Shown here: positions 1 to 9,084 of the stretch, piece by piece
Numbering within the stretch: position 1 is the first letter of the stretch
Layout: the number at the start of each line of letters is the position of its first letter
Assembly (NCBI GenBank): GCA_900313955.1
Contig: OMTP01000187.1
Span: forward strand, 1-39,229
Direction: 5' to 3'
Source: an uncultured Lachnospiraceae bacterium
Lineage (GTDB): Bacteria; Bacillota; Clostridia; Lachnospirales; Lachnospiraceae
Length of the DNA stretch: 39,229 nt
The notes under the pieces: generated by a model
Databases searched by the model: none
Told to the model about the DNA's origin: nothing
The model's input: the letters and a program-made list of their open reading frames with translations, nothing else
Position numbers and translations under genes: made by a program

Positions 1-75
1 GCAGGCGGCGAAAATCGAATGCGCTCCGGAAGAAGGCCTTTGTGCTCCGCGCCGGCGTGCCCCGTGAACTGTAAC
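1..75. mobile_element. Right part of a hairpin MITE (GTTACAGTTCAC-end family), truncated by window start
   Basis: Ends in CCCCGTGAACTGTAAC like the copies at 32918-33070 and 34004-34156; internal TCGAATGCGC and TGCTCCGCGCCGG are shared with them. Confidence 0.8.
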
Positions 76-115
76 ATACTAAGTTTACAGTTCAGGAATA
101 AAGGGGGGACATAAG

Positions 116-1033
116 ATGACGTTACAGCAGCTGAGATATGCGGAGACGATTGCGGAGAGAGGATCCATGAACGAGGCCGCAAAAGCCCTCTTCATCTCCC
201 AACCCTCCCTGTCCGAGGCGATCCGGGTGCTGGAGAAAGAAGTGGGGATCATGATCTTCAATCGGTCGTCAAGGGGCGTGACGCTCACGGTCGAAGGAGA
301 AGAATTCATGGGCTATGCCCGTCAGATTCTCAATCAGGTGGATCTCCTGGAAGACCGCTACACGGACACCTCAAGTATCAAAAAGCATTTCGGCGTCTCC
401 TGCCAGCACTACTCCTTCGCCGTCAAGGCTTTTACAGCCCTGGTCAGGAGCCGCGACACGCAGACATATGAATTTGCTATCCGGGAGACCAGAACTTACG
501 ACGTCATCAACGACGTCTACACGGGTAAGAGCGAGATCGGCATTTTATATCTGAACGACTTCAACCGCAAGATTATGGAGAAACTCTTCCACGAGAAAAA
601 GCTGGAGTGGGTTCACCTCTTCAACTGCGGCGGCTACGTCTATCTCTGGCGCGGCCATCCGCTCTCAGGCAAGAAGACGATCCGTCTCACTGAGCTGGAC
701 CCCTACCCCTGCCTCTCCTTTGAGCAGGGCGAAAACAACTCCTTTTACTTTGCGGAAGAGATTCTGAGCACCCACGAATATAAGAAGACCATCAAAGCCT
801 GCGACCGCGCCACCCTCCTGAATCTCATGGAAGGTCTGAACGCCTACACTCTCTGCTGCGGTATCGTCTGTGAGGAAATGAACGGCGGCGACTACATTGC
901 CGTCCCCCTCGACGAGGACGTCACCATGGAGATGGGCTATGTCAAAAAGTCCGGCATCCCCCTCTCCGACCTCGGCTCCACCTACATCTCCCTCCTCAAA
1001 GCCCTCCCCGAAGTCGAGGAGCGCTCCCGCTGA
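116..1033 (+). CDS. LysR-family transcriptional regulator
   Basis: N-terminal HTH MTLQQLRY...GSMNEAAKALFISQPSLSEAIRVLEKEVG..IFNRSSRGVTLT; 305 aa; RBS AGGGGGG upstream. Confidence 0.95.
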   Translation: MTLQQLRYAETIAERGSMNEAAKALFISQPSLSEAIRVLEKEVGIMIFNRSSRGVTLTVEGEEFMGYARQILNQVDLLEDRYTDTSSIKKHFGVSCQHYSFAVKAFTALVRSRDTQTYEFAIRETRTYDVINDVYTGKSEIGILYLNDFNRKIMEKLFHEKKLEWVHLFNCGGYVYLWRGHPLSGKKTIRLTELDPYPCLSFEQGENNSFYFAEEILSTHEYKKTIKACDRATLLNLMEGLNAYTLCCGIVCEEMNGGDYIAVPLDEDVTMEMGYVKKSGIPLSDLGSTYISLLKALPEVEERSR

Positions 1034-1036
1034 GTC

Positions 1037-1094
1037 CATGGAGACGTAACGCCTGCCTTCATCGGGAAGTGAGGGCAGGCGCTACGTCCCCATG
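1037..1094. repeat. REP-like palindrome, probable bidirectional terminator between convergent genes
   Basis: CATGGAGACGTAACGCCTGCCTTCA...TGAGGGCAGGCGCTACGTCCCCATG stem; related to 15642-15693. Confidence 0.65.
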
Positions 1095-1658
1095 CCAGCG
1101 CACGTTCTGCATGTAATCCCAAGTCTCTCCCATGATCTTGTCGAGGTTTTTGAGGTCGACGAGGATGTCGCCTGTCTCGATGGAGTGGTTGGCATTCTCG
1201 GTGACGTAGCAGGGGACGTGTTTTTCGCGGCACTTGTCCACGACCAGGCGGTAGTCCACCCACTGGTCTTTCGTCCCTGTGAAGGCGATTCCGCTTTTTT
1301 CTTTCATGTAGGAAAATGTCCCCTCGACGGGGGTGTAGTAGATGTGATGGGCATCAAGACCGTGCACATCCGCGTACCGGGCCGCTGCCGCGGTTCCTAT
1401 GCTCTTGGAAATGAAAATGAGGCTTTCGTATGCTTCCCACGAAACGCCTTTAAGGATCTCTTCCGTCTGGTCAAAAGCATGCTGAAAGGCCGCCTCCATG
1501 CGGTCTGCATTTTCACGGAGATCCTTCTTGGCGGAAAAGCCGCCATAGGGCACCTCGATGACCTCGAAGCCGAGTTGACGGGCCATTTTCCTGGAATAAT
1601 ATAAAAGGGGCTTATCGGTGTGGTAGCCGATGCCCGGAAAGACGACTGCCAGTTTCAT
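1059..1658 (-). CDS. Alpha/beta hydrolase fold protein
   Basis: FPGIGY..DKPLLYY, nucleophile-elbow-like SKSIG, GTKD and NANHS candidate triad residues. Confidence 0.85.
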   Translation of the reverse strand: MKLAVVFPGIGYHTDKPLLYYSRKMARQLGFEVIEVPYGGFSAKKDLRENADRMEAAFQHAFDQTEEILKGVSWEAYESLIFISKSIGTAAAARYADVHGLDAHHIYYTPVEGTFSYMKEKSGIAFTGTKDQWVDYRLVVDKCREKHVPCYVTENANHSIETGDILVDLKNLDKIMGETWDYMQNVRWHGDVAPALTSR

Positions 1659-1744
1659 ATGGTATCCCTCCCGAAAATCGTGTATACTGAAACAAACTAC
1701 TCTAAACGGGTGCCTGAAACGGGCGCCAGGGAAAGGAGATTTGC

Positions 1745-1954
1745 ATGTCAGGTTTAACAGGTCTTCAGACCTTCTTTATGATCGGCGTGGCCGTCGGCGC
1801 TGTCGGCGTATGCGTGGGCATGATCCTGCTCTTCTGGGCGCTCATCCGGCCTCAGTCGTCGATCACCACACAGAAAGCAGGCAAAGTGATCATGTACGCA
1901 CTGCTCGTTGTCTTTGCCTGCTACACCGTGCTCATTGTCACGGCTCATTCATGA
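1745..1954 (+). CDS. Small two-TM membrane protein, unknown function
   Basis: Strong RBS GAAAGGAG, two hydrophobic segments, upstream TGTATACT -10-like element. Confidence 0.65.
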   Translation: MSGLTGLQTFFMIGVAVGAVGVCVGMILLFWALIRPQSSITTQKAGKVIMYALLVVFACYTVLIVTAHS

Positions 1955-2756
1955 GGAAGCGGTCAATGATCTCGGCGACGCCGGCGTGGTCGCAGTCGCG
2001 CTCTGTGATGTAGTCGGCCGCTGACTTGCAGGCGTCTGTCGCATTAGCCATGGCGCAGCCGACGCCGGCGGCGCGCAGCATGGGAATGTCATTTTCAGAG
2101 TCGCCGGCGCTCACGGAATCCTCAATCGGCACATGCATGTGGTCGCAGAACCACTCGACAGCCCGACCCTTGGAGACGCCGTGCTTCACGCACTCGAGAT
2201 ACCAGGCATTGGAGAAGAAGACATCGATGTCTCCTTCTCCTTTTTTTGCCAGAATCCCCCTCAGCTTTTCAATCTTCTCACGATCATGAAGATCGATGCA
2301 CAGGCATTTGACCGGCTCCTCGGAGAGAGAATCCGGCAGATCCGGCACAAGACGCGTCGCCGTGTAGAGGCGGCTCGTGTAGAACTTCGTCTCCTCGTCC
2401 ATTTCCCTCACGAGGAGCGTATCATCTGAGGCATACGTCTGGGCGTGAATGCCGAGAGCATCCGCCTCTGCGAAAATCATTTTCACCGTAGCAAGAGGAA
2501 TCGTCTGGCGGATCAGAGCCTTCTTCGCGAAGCAGTCGTAGATGATGCCGCCGTTGTAGGCGATGGCATAACCGCCCTCTTTCCTGAGTCCCAGTCTCTC
2601 CACAACGGGAAGAACGGACATGAGGGAACGGCCGCTCGTGATGACCACCTTGTGGCCCGCGTCCACGGCCCGCTCAATTGCTTTCTGATTCTCCTCTGGG
2701 ATGTTCTTCTCCCGGTCAAGCAGGGTGTCATCAATATCCAAAAATAATATCTTCAA
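1938..2756 (-). CDS. Cof-type HAD-IIB family hydrolase
   Basis: DIDDTLL motif I, TSGR motif II, VSKG and GDSENDIPML motifs III/IV; TTG start overlapping rpe stop. Confidence 0.95.
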   Translation of the reverse strand: MKILFLDIDDTLLDREKNIPEENQKAIERAVDAGHKVVITSGRSLMSVLPVVERLGLRKEGGYAIAYNGGIIYDCFAKKALIRQTIPLATVKMIFAEADALGIHAQTYASDDTLLVREMDEETKFYTSRLYTATRLVPDLPDSLSEEPVKCLCIDLHDREKIEKLRGILAKKGEGDIDVFFSNAWYLECVKHGVSKGRAVEWFCDHMHVPIEDSVSAGDSENDIPMLRAAGVGCAMANATDACKSAADYITERDCDHAGVAEIIDRFLMNEP

Positions 2757-3424
2757 TGGTTTTCCTCCCAGGCCTCAAAATGATCCACAAATGCCTTGGT
2801 GTTCCTGTAGACGTCTCCCTTGTAGACGGCAGATCCGGCGACGATGACGTTGGCTCCCGCCTCAAGGACCACGTCGACATTGTCCAGCTTGATGCCGCCG
2901 TCCACTTCAATGTCTGTATCAAGGCCGTAGTCGTCAAACATCATGCGGGCCCGGCGGATCTTGTCCGTCGATGTCGGAATGTAGGACTGGCCTCCAAAGC
3001 CCGGCTCCACGGTCATGATGAGAAGCATGTCAATTCTCTGCACATAGGGGAGGATGGCTTCGACCGGCGTGCCTGGCTTGATGGCCAGTCCCACCTTGCA
3101 GCCGTGCTCATGGATGCGGGCAATCAGAGCGCCCGGATCGTTCACAGCCTCCAGATGGAAGGTAATTCCATCCGCTCCGGCGTCTGCCATGTGGTGAATA
3201 AAATGATCCGGGTTGTTGACCATAAGGTGCACATCAAAGAACTGATTTGTTGCCTTTCGTATGGACTTGACGACGGGTTCCCCGAAGGAAACCTGAGGGA
3301 CGAAATTCCCGTCCATGACGTCAATGTGGGCGTAGGGAGCCCTGGCTCTCTCCGTCTCTTTCATCTGTGCTCCAAGTTCCGTGAAATCTGCCGACAGGAT
3401 CGACGGCGCAAATTTAATCTTCAT
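2753..3424 (-). CDS. rpe: Ribulose-phosphate 3-epimerase
   Basis: APSILSADF, HIDVMDGNFVP, DVHLM, MTVEPGFGGQ, IEVDGGI motifs. Confidence 0.97.
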   Translation of the reverse strand: MKIKFAPSILSADFTELGAQMKETERARAPYAHIDVMDGNFVPQVSFGEPVVKSIRKATNQFFDVHLMVNNPDHFIHHMADAGADGITFHLEAVNDPGALIARIHEHGCKVGLAIKPGTPVEAILPYVQRIDMLLIMTVEPGFGGQSYIPTSTDKIRRARMMFDDYGLDTDIEVDGGIKLDNVDVVLEAGANVIVAGSAVYKGDVYRNTKAFVDHFEAWEENH

Positions 3425-3509
3425 GTGTGGTTGTATCCCTCCAACTTATGTTTCATCCTTGCCCTCATTCTATCATTTCCCACTGTAAAAGCAATGCCAT
3501 GATGCCCTT

Positions 3510-6500
3510 TTACGGCTCGAGCAGCTGCAGCAGCTCCTCGTCGCTGAGGCTCATGATCGATTCGTTTGTGCCCTCAAGGATGGCGTCGGCCAGATCCTTC
3601 TTGGACTCCTGCATCTCGAGGATCTTCTCCTCGATCGTGTGCTTTAAGATAATTCTGTAGACCGTCACCTGCCGCGTCTGGCCGATGCGGTGGGCGCGGT
3701 CCGTCGCCTGGTTCTGGGCCGCCAGATTCCACCAGGGATCGTAGTGAATGACAACGTCCGCTCCGGTCAGGTTGAGCCCTGTGCCGCCCGCCTTGAGGGA
3801 AATGAGAAAAACCGGCACATCCCCTTCGTTGAACTCGCGCACAAGCGCTACCCTCTTCTCCTTGGACGTCTCTCCCGTGATCTTGTAGCAGGAAATGCCC
3901 TCTCGCGCAAGGTCCTCCTCGAGGATGGCCAGCATGGATGTGAACTGAGAGAAGACCAGCATGCGGTGGCCGCCGTCAATGGCGCTCTTTATGAGGTCCA
4001 TGCAGGCGGTCCTCTTGGAGCTCTCGCCATCATAGTCCTCGAAGATAAGCGACGGATCACAGCAGACCTGGCGGATTCTCATAAGCTCGGCCAGAATGCG
4101 GATCTTGTCCCTGCCGGTCGTGCCCTGCGCCTCGGAGTCCTCGATCATTCCCCTGATGCGGACGACCTCGGCGTCGTAGAGCTTCTGCTGCTCGCCCTCG
4201 ATGCGGGCGTAGCGGACCTCCTCCAGCTTGGCTGGCAGATCCTTCAGGACATCTGCCTTCTTTCTGCGCAGGATAAAGGGGCCCGTCATACCCCTCAGCT
4301 TCTCCGTGGCCTCTGCGTCCTTGTGCTTGGCAATCGGTGTCTCGAACTTCTGGCGGAATTCCTCCAGAGAGAAGAGAAGACCGGGCATGAGGAAGTCGAA
4401 GATGCTCCAGAGCTCCGACAGGCGGTTCTCGATCGGCGTTCCGGTCAGGGCGAAGCGGTGCGACGCCTTGACCGCCTTGACGGCCTTGGTCTGAGCCGCC
4501 CCCGGATTCTTGATGTACTGGGCCTCATCGATAACGCAGATATTGAAGAGGAGATCCCTGTAGAGGGCAATGTCGCGCTTTAAGAGATCATAGGAAGTGA
4601 TGAGCACCTGCACGCCTTCGAGATTGCTCAGAATCTTCTTGCGCGCCGGCAGATTCCCAGCGACCGGCACGGCATTGAGAGATGGCGCAAAGCGGCTGAA
4701 CTCCTCCGCCCAGTTGTAGACGAGAGAGGCCGGGCAGACGACCAGGTTGATGGACGCTTTCATCTCCTCTTCGGAGAGAATCACTGAGATCATCTGCAGC
4801 GTCTTGCCGAGCCCCATTTCATCGGCCAGGATGCCCCCGAACCCGGCCTGATGCAGGGTCTTCAGCCACTGAAAACCGTACTGCTGGTAGGGCCGCATGA
4901 CGCCTGTCAGAGATTCCGGCACATCGAAGTCGGAGTCCGCGATAGATCTGAAATTGCGGATGAGAGCCTTATACGTATGATCCCTCCTGCCGGCCAGCTC
5001 GTCGTGGCGCTCCAGCATGGCATTGAGGTAGAGGGCCCTGTAGAGAGGGATCTGCGTCTTTCCCGCAAGGACATCCTTTGGGGTCAGGTCCAGATCATCG
5101 AGAAACTGCTGCATCTCCTCGAGATCCGACTCCTCCGTGAGGTCGATAAAATCCCCGCTCCTCAGGCGGTAGTACTTCTTCTTGAGCCGATAGTTCTTGA
5201 TGATCTCCGCAAGTTCTGCTGCGGAGATATCCGCCGATGTGATGGACAGATCCAGCAGATCCACATCGCTTTTGATATTGATGGAGATATGGGGCATGGA
5301 CCGGATCTGATGCTTCTTAAAGGCGTCCGTGCCGCGGACCTCCCCGTATCTCTCCAGGCGGCCGACACCGTCCCTCAGGAAATCAAAGAGATCCGTCTCA
5401 TCGATGTTCCTCACAAAGAGCCTGTGCGCCCCTTCATAGTTGGGGAAGATGTCCATGACTTCCTCGCGCACCCGCATTTCCTGCGCCGTGTCGCGGTAGG
5501 CATCCGGCCTGCTCGCCGTCTGCTTCCTCATGAGCGTGTATTTTGCATCGCCATAGGCGACCTTAATCTGGCAGGAGAGGATCCCCTCCTGTTCATTTTC
5601 ATCGAGAAGAAATGTGAATTTGGGTTCCGGCGGAAGTTCACGCGCGGCCTCCTCTTCGCAGGTGTCCTCGACATCGACCCAGCGGCTCTCTGTGAGTCCA
5701 GGCAGAACGCGGTAGTAAAACTCCGGCAGACGCTCCTTGCCCACCATGAAGGCAAATCCTCCGTCCGCATACGATACGCCGCGGAAGGGGCGCAGAACTT
5801 TCTGCTCCTCAGGGGAAATGCGGGAGAGGCTGGTTCCAGTGATGGCGTACAAGTGGGACGTCCCCTCCAAAATGCGGGGAATTTCGCCCGAAACGCGGAT
5901 GCCGGTAAATGTCCCCCGGATATCTGAGAGCCTCTGTGTCCGAAGGGAGATGTGCATATCCCGGTGGCCGACCGCCAGGTCGCTCTTCTTCCTCTCGACT
6001 TTGTCGTTGAACTCGCAGCTTCTCCCCTCCATCTGATCGTAGAAAGAATCCAGAAGCTCTCCCTTCAGCTCCTCCTGATAGTTCACCTTCATTTCCGGGA
6101 CGGTGCCATATCTGTCCATGTACTTGTTATTGACATCCTGGAATGTACCCACCCGCTTCTCAATGAGACTGTAGATGTCGCGACTCTCCTCGGTAAAATC
6201 TACGGCGGCAAAGTCCACGGACGTCTTTTTTGTGAGCTCAAGGATCTTGCGGCCCCGCACAGCGTCGACAAGATCCGCTATATTTCTCACAATAAGAGGC
6301 TTTGTGCCTGTGGCGCCCAGTCTGTAGGACAGGCGGACATCACCCACATCATCAAGCGAAATGCAGGGGCGCAGTTCCAGCACCTTAGGGCGGACCTCTT
6401 TTTCAGCTTCCTTCTCCTCTTTTTTGTGCAGAAACTCCTCATCCTCCATGTTGGTGAGGAAGACCCTGGCCGTCGCATCGGTCTCATCTGTGAGGTCCGA

Positions 6501-7151
6501 ACTGTCAACATACTGCATCGTCTCAAGAAGAGCCATGAGCTCGTAGTGGTTGAGGGGAAGATTTCTGACCTCCATGTGATCGCTGTAGTAATTCCCGCCC
6601 GAATCGGCAAGAACTTCCCCCCTTTTAAACGGTTCCCTGAGGAGAATCTCCCCGTAATAGACAGCCTTGTCCTCGCTGTAGTAATAGGCGTAGGGGTTTC
6701 TCATCCCCGCATAGAATGTCGTTCGAAGCTCTGAGAAGCTGTCCCCGTCAAGTCTCCCGACGACCCTGCCGGCCTGCAGCTTTTCCGAGTAAACAATCTG
6801 AAAGGAGAGCGATTTGTTGCCACTTTCCGGGTCGGTGGTGATCTCGAGCTTCTCGATCGTCGTCTTCGCGCTCCTTGTGTTTTCTTCATACTCCTTCCAG
6901 CGCTCCACAAAGTAAGGTGTCGTCTCCATATCTGCGAGCGCTTTCTCGAAATCAAAGTAGACGTACCCCGTCTCCGCCGCAGCATGGGGCTTGTGCCTGC
7001 CCAGTTCCTCTGCGGCGTGGATGCGCTGCGTCCCCTGCTGTTTTGCCAGAATGGCCCTGCGCCTTGTCTCCTCCTTCACTTCGCTTAAGAGGTCCCTCTT
7101 CCACTTTTTGCTCTCGTCCTTCGGGGAATAATACCCGTTATATCGGCTCAT
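3510..7151 (-). CDS. SNF2-family (SWI2/SNF2) helicase-like ATPase
   Basis: GILADEMGLGKT, DEAQ, LTGTPIEN, SLKAGGTGLNL, DPWWN, QATDRAHRIGQ; 1213 aa. Confidence 0.96.
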   Translation of the reverse strand: MSRYNGYYSPKDESKKWKRDLLSEVKEETRRRAILAKQQGTQRIHAAEELGRHKPHAAAETGYVYFDFEKALADMETTPYFVERWKEYEENTRSAKTTIEKLEITTDPESGNKSLSFQIVYSEKLQAGRVVGRLDGDSFSELRTTFYAGMRNPYAYYYSEDKAVYYGEILLREPFKRGEVLADSGGNYYSDHMEVRNLPLNHYELMALLETMQYVDSSDLTDETDATARVFLTNMEDEEFLHKKEEKEAEKEVRPKVLELRPCISLDDVGDVRLSYRLGATGTKPLIVRNIADLVDAVRGRKILELTKKTSVDFAAVDFTEESRDIYSLIEKRVGTFQDVNNKYMDRYGTVPEMKVNYQEELKGELLDSFYDQMEGRSCEFNDKVERKKSDLAVGHRDMHISLRTQRLSDIRGTFTGIRVSGEIPRILEGTSHLYAITGTSLSRISPEEQKVLRPFRGVSYADGGFAFMVGKERLPEFYYRVLPGLTESRWVDVEDTCEEEAARELPPEPKFTFLLDENEQEGILSCQIKVAYGDAKYTLMRKQTASRPDAYRDTAQEMRVREEVMDIFPNYEGAHRLFVRNIDETDLFDFLRDGVGRLERYGEVRGTDAFKKHQIRSMPHISINIKSDVDLLDLSITSADISAAELAEIIKNYRLKKKYYRLRSGDFIDLTEESDLEEMQQFLDDLDLTPKDVLAGKTQIPLYRALYLNAMLERHDELAGRRDHTYKALIRNFRSIADSDFDVPESLTGVMRPYQQYGFQWLKTLHQAGFGGILADEMGLGKTLQMISVILSEEEMKASINLVVCPASLVYNWAEEFSRFAPSLNAVPVAGNLPARKKILSNLEGVQVLITSYDLLKRDIALYRDLLFNICVIDEAQYIKNPGAAQTKAVKAVKASHRFALTGTPIENRLSELWSIFDFLMPGLLFSLEEFRQKFETPIAKHKDAEATEKLRGMTGPFILRRKKADVLKDLPAKLEEVRYARIEGEQQKLYDAEVVRIRGMIEDSEAQGTTGRDKIRILAELMRIRQVCCDPSLIFEDYDGESSKRTACMDLIKSAIDGGHRMLVFSQFTSMLAILEEDLAREGISCYKITGETSKEKRVALVREFNEGDVPVFLISLKAGGTGLNLTGADVVIHYDPWWNLAAQNQATDRAHRIGQTRQVTVYRIILKHTIEEKILEMQESKKDLADAILEGTNESIMSLSDEELLQLLEP

Positions 7152-7351
7152 CGCTTACGCTCCTCCTTGAAAATGCAACACGCGCTCAAAGTACAAGCAT
7201 TATAGCATATCACTGAGGAAAATGGGGGATGCATGGTCTTTTCGCTTTTTGCACAATTTTATATCATCATTTTTGTGAACTTTGACAGTTGAAAACTCGG
7301 GCACAATGCCGTATACTCGGATCATTCCCCAATTCCTTTTGTCGGACGCTT

Positions 7352-7427
7352 ATGACCGTTCAGGTCGGTCGACTGGTGAGTTCTTTTCAAACGTTCGCCT
7401 TTTTGCGACGACCTCCTGAACAGTTAC
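7352..7427. repeat. Degenerate MITE relic upstream of tad operon
   Basis: Intact right end CTGAACAGTTAC, eroded left end ATGACCGTTCAGG, imperfect internal stem; no target duplication seen. Confidence 0.4.
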
Positions 7428-7459
7428 TGACTCCGGAGTTTTCACGAAAGGAGGTGCCT

Positions 7460-8002
7460 TTGCTTCATGCGATCCTCTTCTGGGGAGCCTTTCAGAAGGG
7501 CTGTCTCCTGGCCCTGACGACCCTTGCCGCCTTCTTTGACCTGAAGAAGCGCAGGATCCCCAATTTCCTCATTCTTGCAGGGCTGATTGCCGGCCTCGTT
7601 CTGCACCTGAGTGTGGTTCCTTATGCAGGAGCCGCGCCGCTCATCGACATGATCGTCGGCATGCTCATCCCCCTTGTCCCCGGTTTTCTCCTTTTCTGTT
7701 TTCATACGGCAGGGGCCGGTGACATCAAACTCCTCATGGCTGTCGGTGCCCTTCTGGGACGGGCATCCATCGGGCATTTTACCTGGATCTGCCTTCTCGT
7801 CGCAGCCCTCTTCTCCCTCTTTGTCATAGCAGAAAGTAAAAACGGAAGGCAGTGTTTTTCCGCCTTCGGCAGATGGGTGCGCACCTGCCTCATCACGCGC
7901 TCCCTCATTTCCTATCCCATTCACACCTCTCTCACCTTTCCTTTTGCCGTTCCTGTTTTCATCACATCCGTGCTCTACTGCGCGGGAATCCTTGCGAGGT
8001 GA
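7460..8002 (+). CDS. A24-family prepilin peptidase (TadV/CpaA-like)
   Basis: FDLKKRRIPN and GAGDIKL catalytic Asp motifs, multi-TM; start moved to TTG at 7460 behind RBS AAAGGAGGTG. Confidence 0.9.
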   Translation: MLHAILFWGAFQKGCLLALTTLAAFFDLKKRRIPNFLILAGLIAGLVLHLSVVPYAGAAPLIDMIVGMLIPLVPGFLLFCFHTAGAGDIKLLMAVGALLGRASIGHFTWICLLVAALFSLFVIAESKNGRQCFSAFGRWVRTCLITRSLISYPIHTSLTFPFAVPVFITSVLYCAGILAR

Positions 8003-8008
8003 ATTTTC

Positions 8009-9052
8009 ATGACCAAAAAGATACTTGCTGTCCTCGACCCGGACGAGGCATACGTCACCCGTTTTATGGAATACGGAAACCGGATGTCCGACCTCCCCTT
8101 CACCATCCGCGCCTTCACGAATCCCGACGCCCTCATGAAATTTCTGGCATCCCACTCCGTGGAGGTGCTGCTCCTGTCTGATCTCATCCACCTGACGGAT
8201 ACTCCCCAAGTACGTCTGACTGTGCGCCTCTCAGAGTCCCGCCCTGCGCAGAATCTGCAAAAACCTGCCCTCCGTGAGGAAAATGCGGCGCCAAAGGTTC
8301 CGGATCCACCGGTCATCTTCAAATATCAGGCCTCTTCTCTGGTCCTGAAAAAACTGGTCGAGGTCTACGAAAATGAGACCGGCATCCGGGTGGAGACGGC
8401 CGAGAGCCCTGTGAGCGAAATTCTCGGCATCTTTTCGCCCCTGGGAAGATGCGGAAAGACAACCTTTGCCCTGACTCTGGGGGAATGTCTGGCCATGAAG
8501 AAGCCCACCCTGCTCATCAACCTTGAACCCTGCTCCGGCTGGAAGGAGCTCTTTCACGACGTCTGGGACCGGGACATCTCCGAGGGCATCTGCGCCATCC
8601 GATCGGGCGAGTCACCTTCCGCTGCTTCTCTGGCCGACGTCATAAGAAAGATCGGGGACCTCTCCTACCTGCCCCCTTTCACTTATGCTCCTGATCTTTT
8701 CAGCGTGACCATGGAGGAGTGGTCTGTCCTCTTTCGCGATATCGCCATGCAGATGGCCTATGAGGCCATTGTGATCGATTTTGACTCCATCCCCTGGATT
8801 CATCCGGGCGTCCTCTCCCTCTGCCGGCACGTCTACATGCCGGTCCTGAAGGATCCGACATCGGGGGCCAAGCTGAAGGAGATGAATGCAAGGTTCTCCG
8901 CCCTTTCCAAAGAAGAGAATCTTCCCGCCGCGACGCCGGTCTCTGTTCTGGACCAGACCATTCCCGACTTCTCCGAGAGGCGCGCCGAGCTCCTTCCCTA
9001 CAGCGGTCTTGGGGCCTATGTCCGCAAGATCATCGCCAGGGATAAACTATGA
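8009..9052 (+). CDS. CpaE/TadZ-like protein (pseudo-receiver plus ParA/MinD-like ATPase)
   Basis: N-terminal receiver-like fold, deviant P-loop SPLGRCGKTT, position before tadA. Confidence 0.75.
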   Translation: MTKKILAVLDPDEAYVTRFMEYGNRMSDLPFTIRAFTNPDALMKFLASHSVEVLLLSDLIHLTDTPQVRLTVRLSESRPAQNLQKPALREENAAPKVPDPPVIFKYQASSLVLKKLVEVYENETGIRVETAESPVSEILGIFSPLGRCGKTTFALTLGECLAMKKPTLLINLEPCSGWKELFHDVWDRDISEGICAIRSGESPSAASLADVIRKIGDLSYLPPFTYAPDLFSVTMEEWSVLFRDIAMQMAYEAIVIDFDSIPWIHPGVLSLCRHVYMPVLKDPTSGAKLKEMNARFSALSKEENLPAATPVSVLDQTIPDFSERRAELLPYSGLGAYVRKIIARDKL

Positions 9053-9084
9053 TTTTCACGCATCCATGAAGAGAGGTGAGGCAG

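Noticed and set aside
3690-6734. Long antisense ORFs over SNF2 (similarly 9783-11147, 34873-35856, 37021-38031)
   Set aside because: Expected from GC3-biased codon usage on the opposite strand; no RBS or motifs
3510-7151. SNF2 helicase as part of an anti-phage system
   Set aside because: No methylase, nuclease or other defence partners adjacent; neighbours are housekeeping genes with matching composition
7289-7459. c-di-GMP riboswitch or N-terminal extension upstream of the tad operon
   Set aside because: No recognisable GEMM consensus; the hairpin is better explained as a MITE relic, and the strong RBS points to the start at 7460
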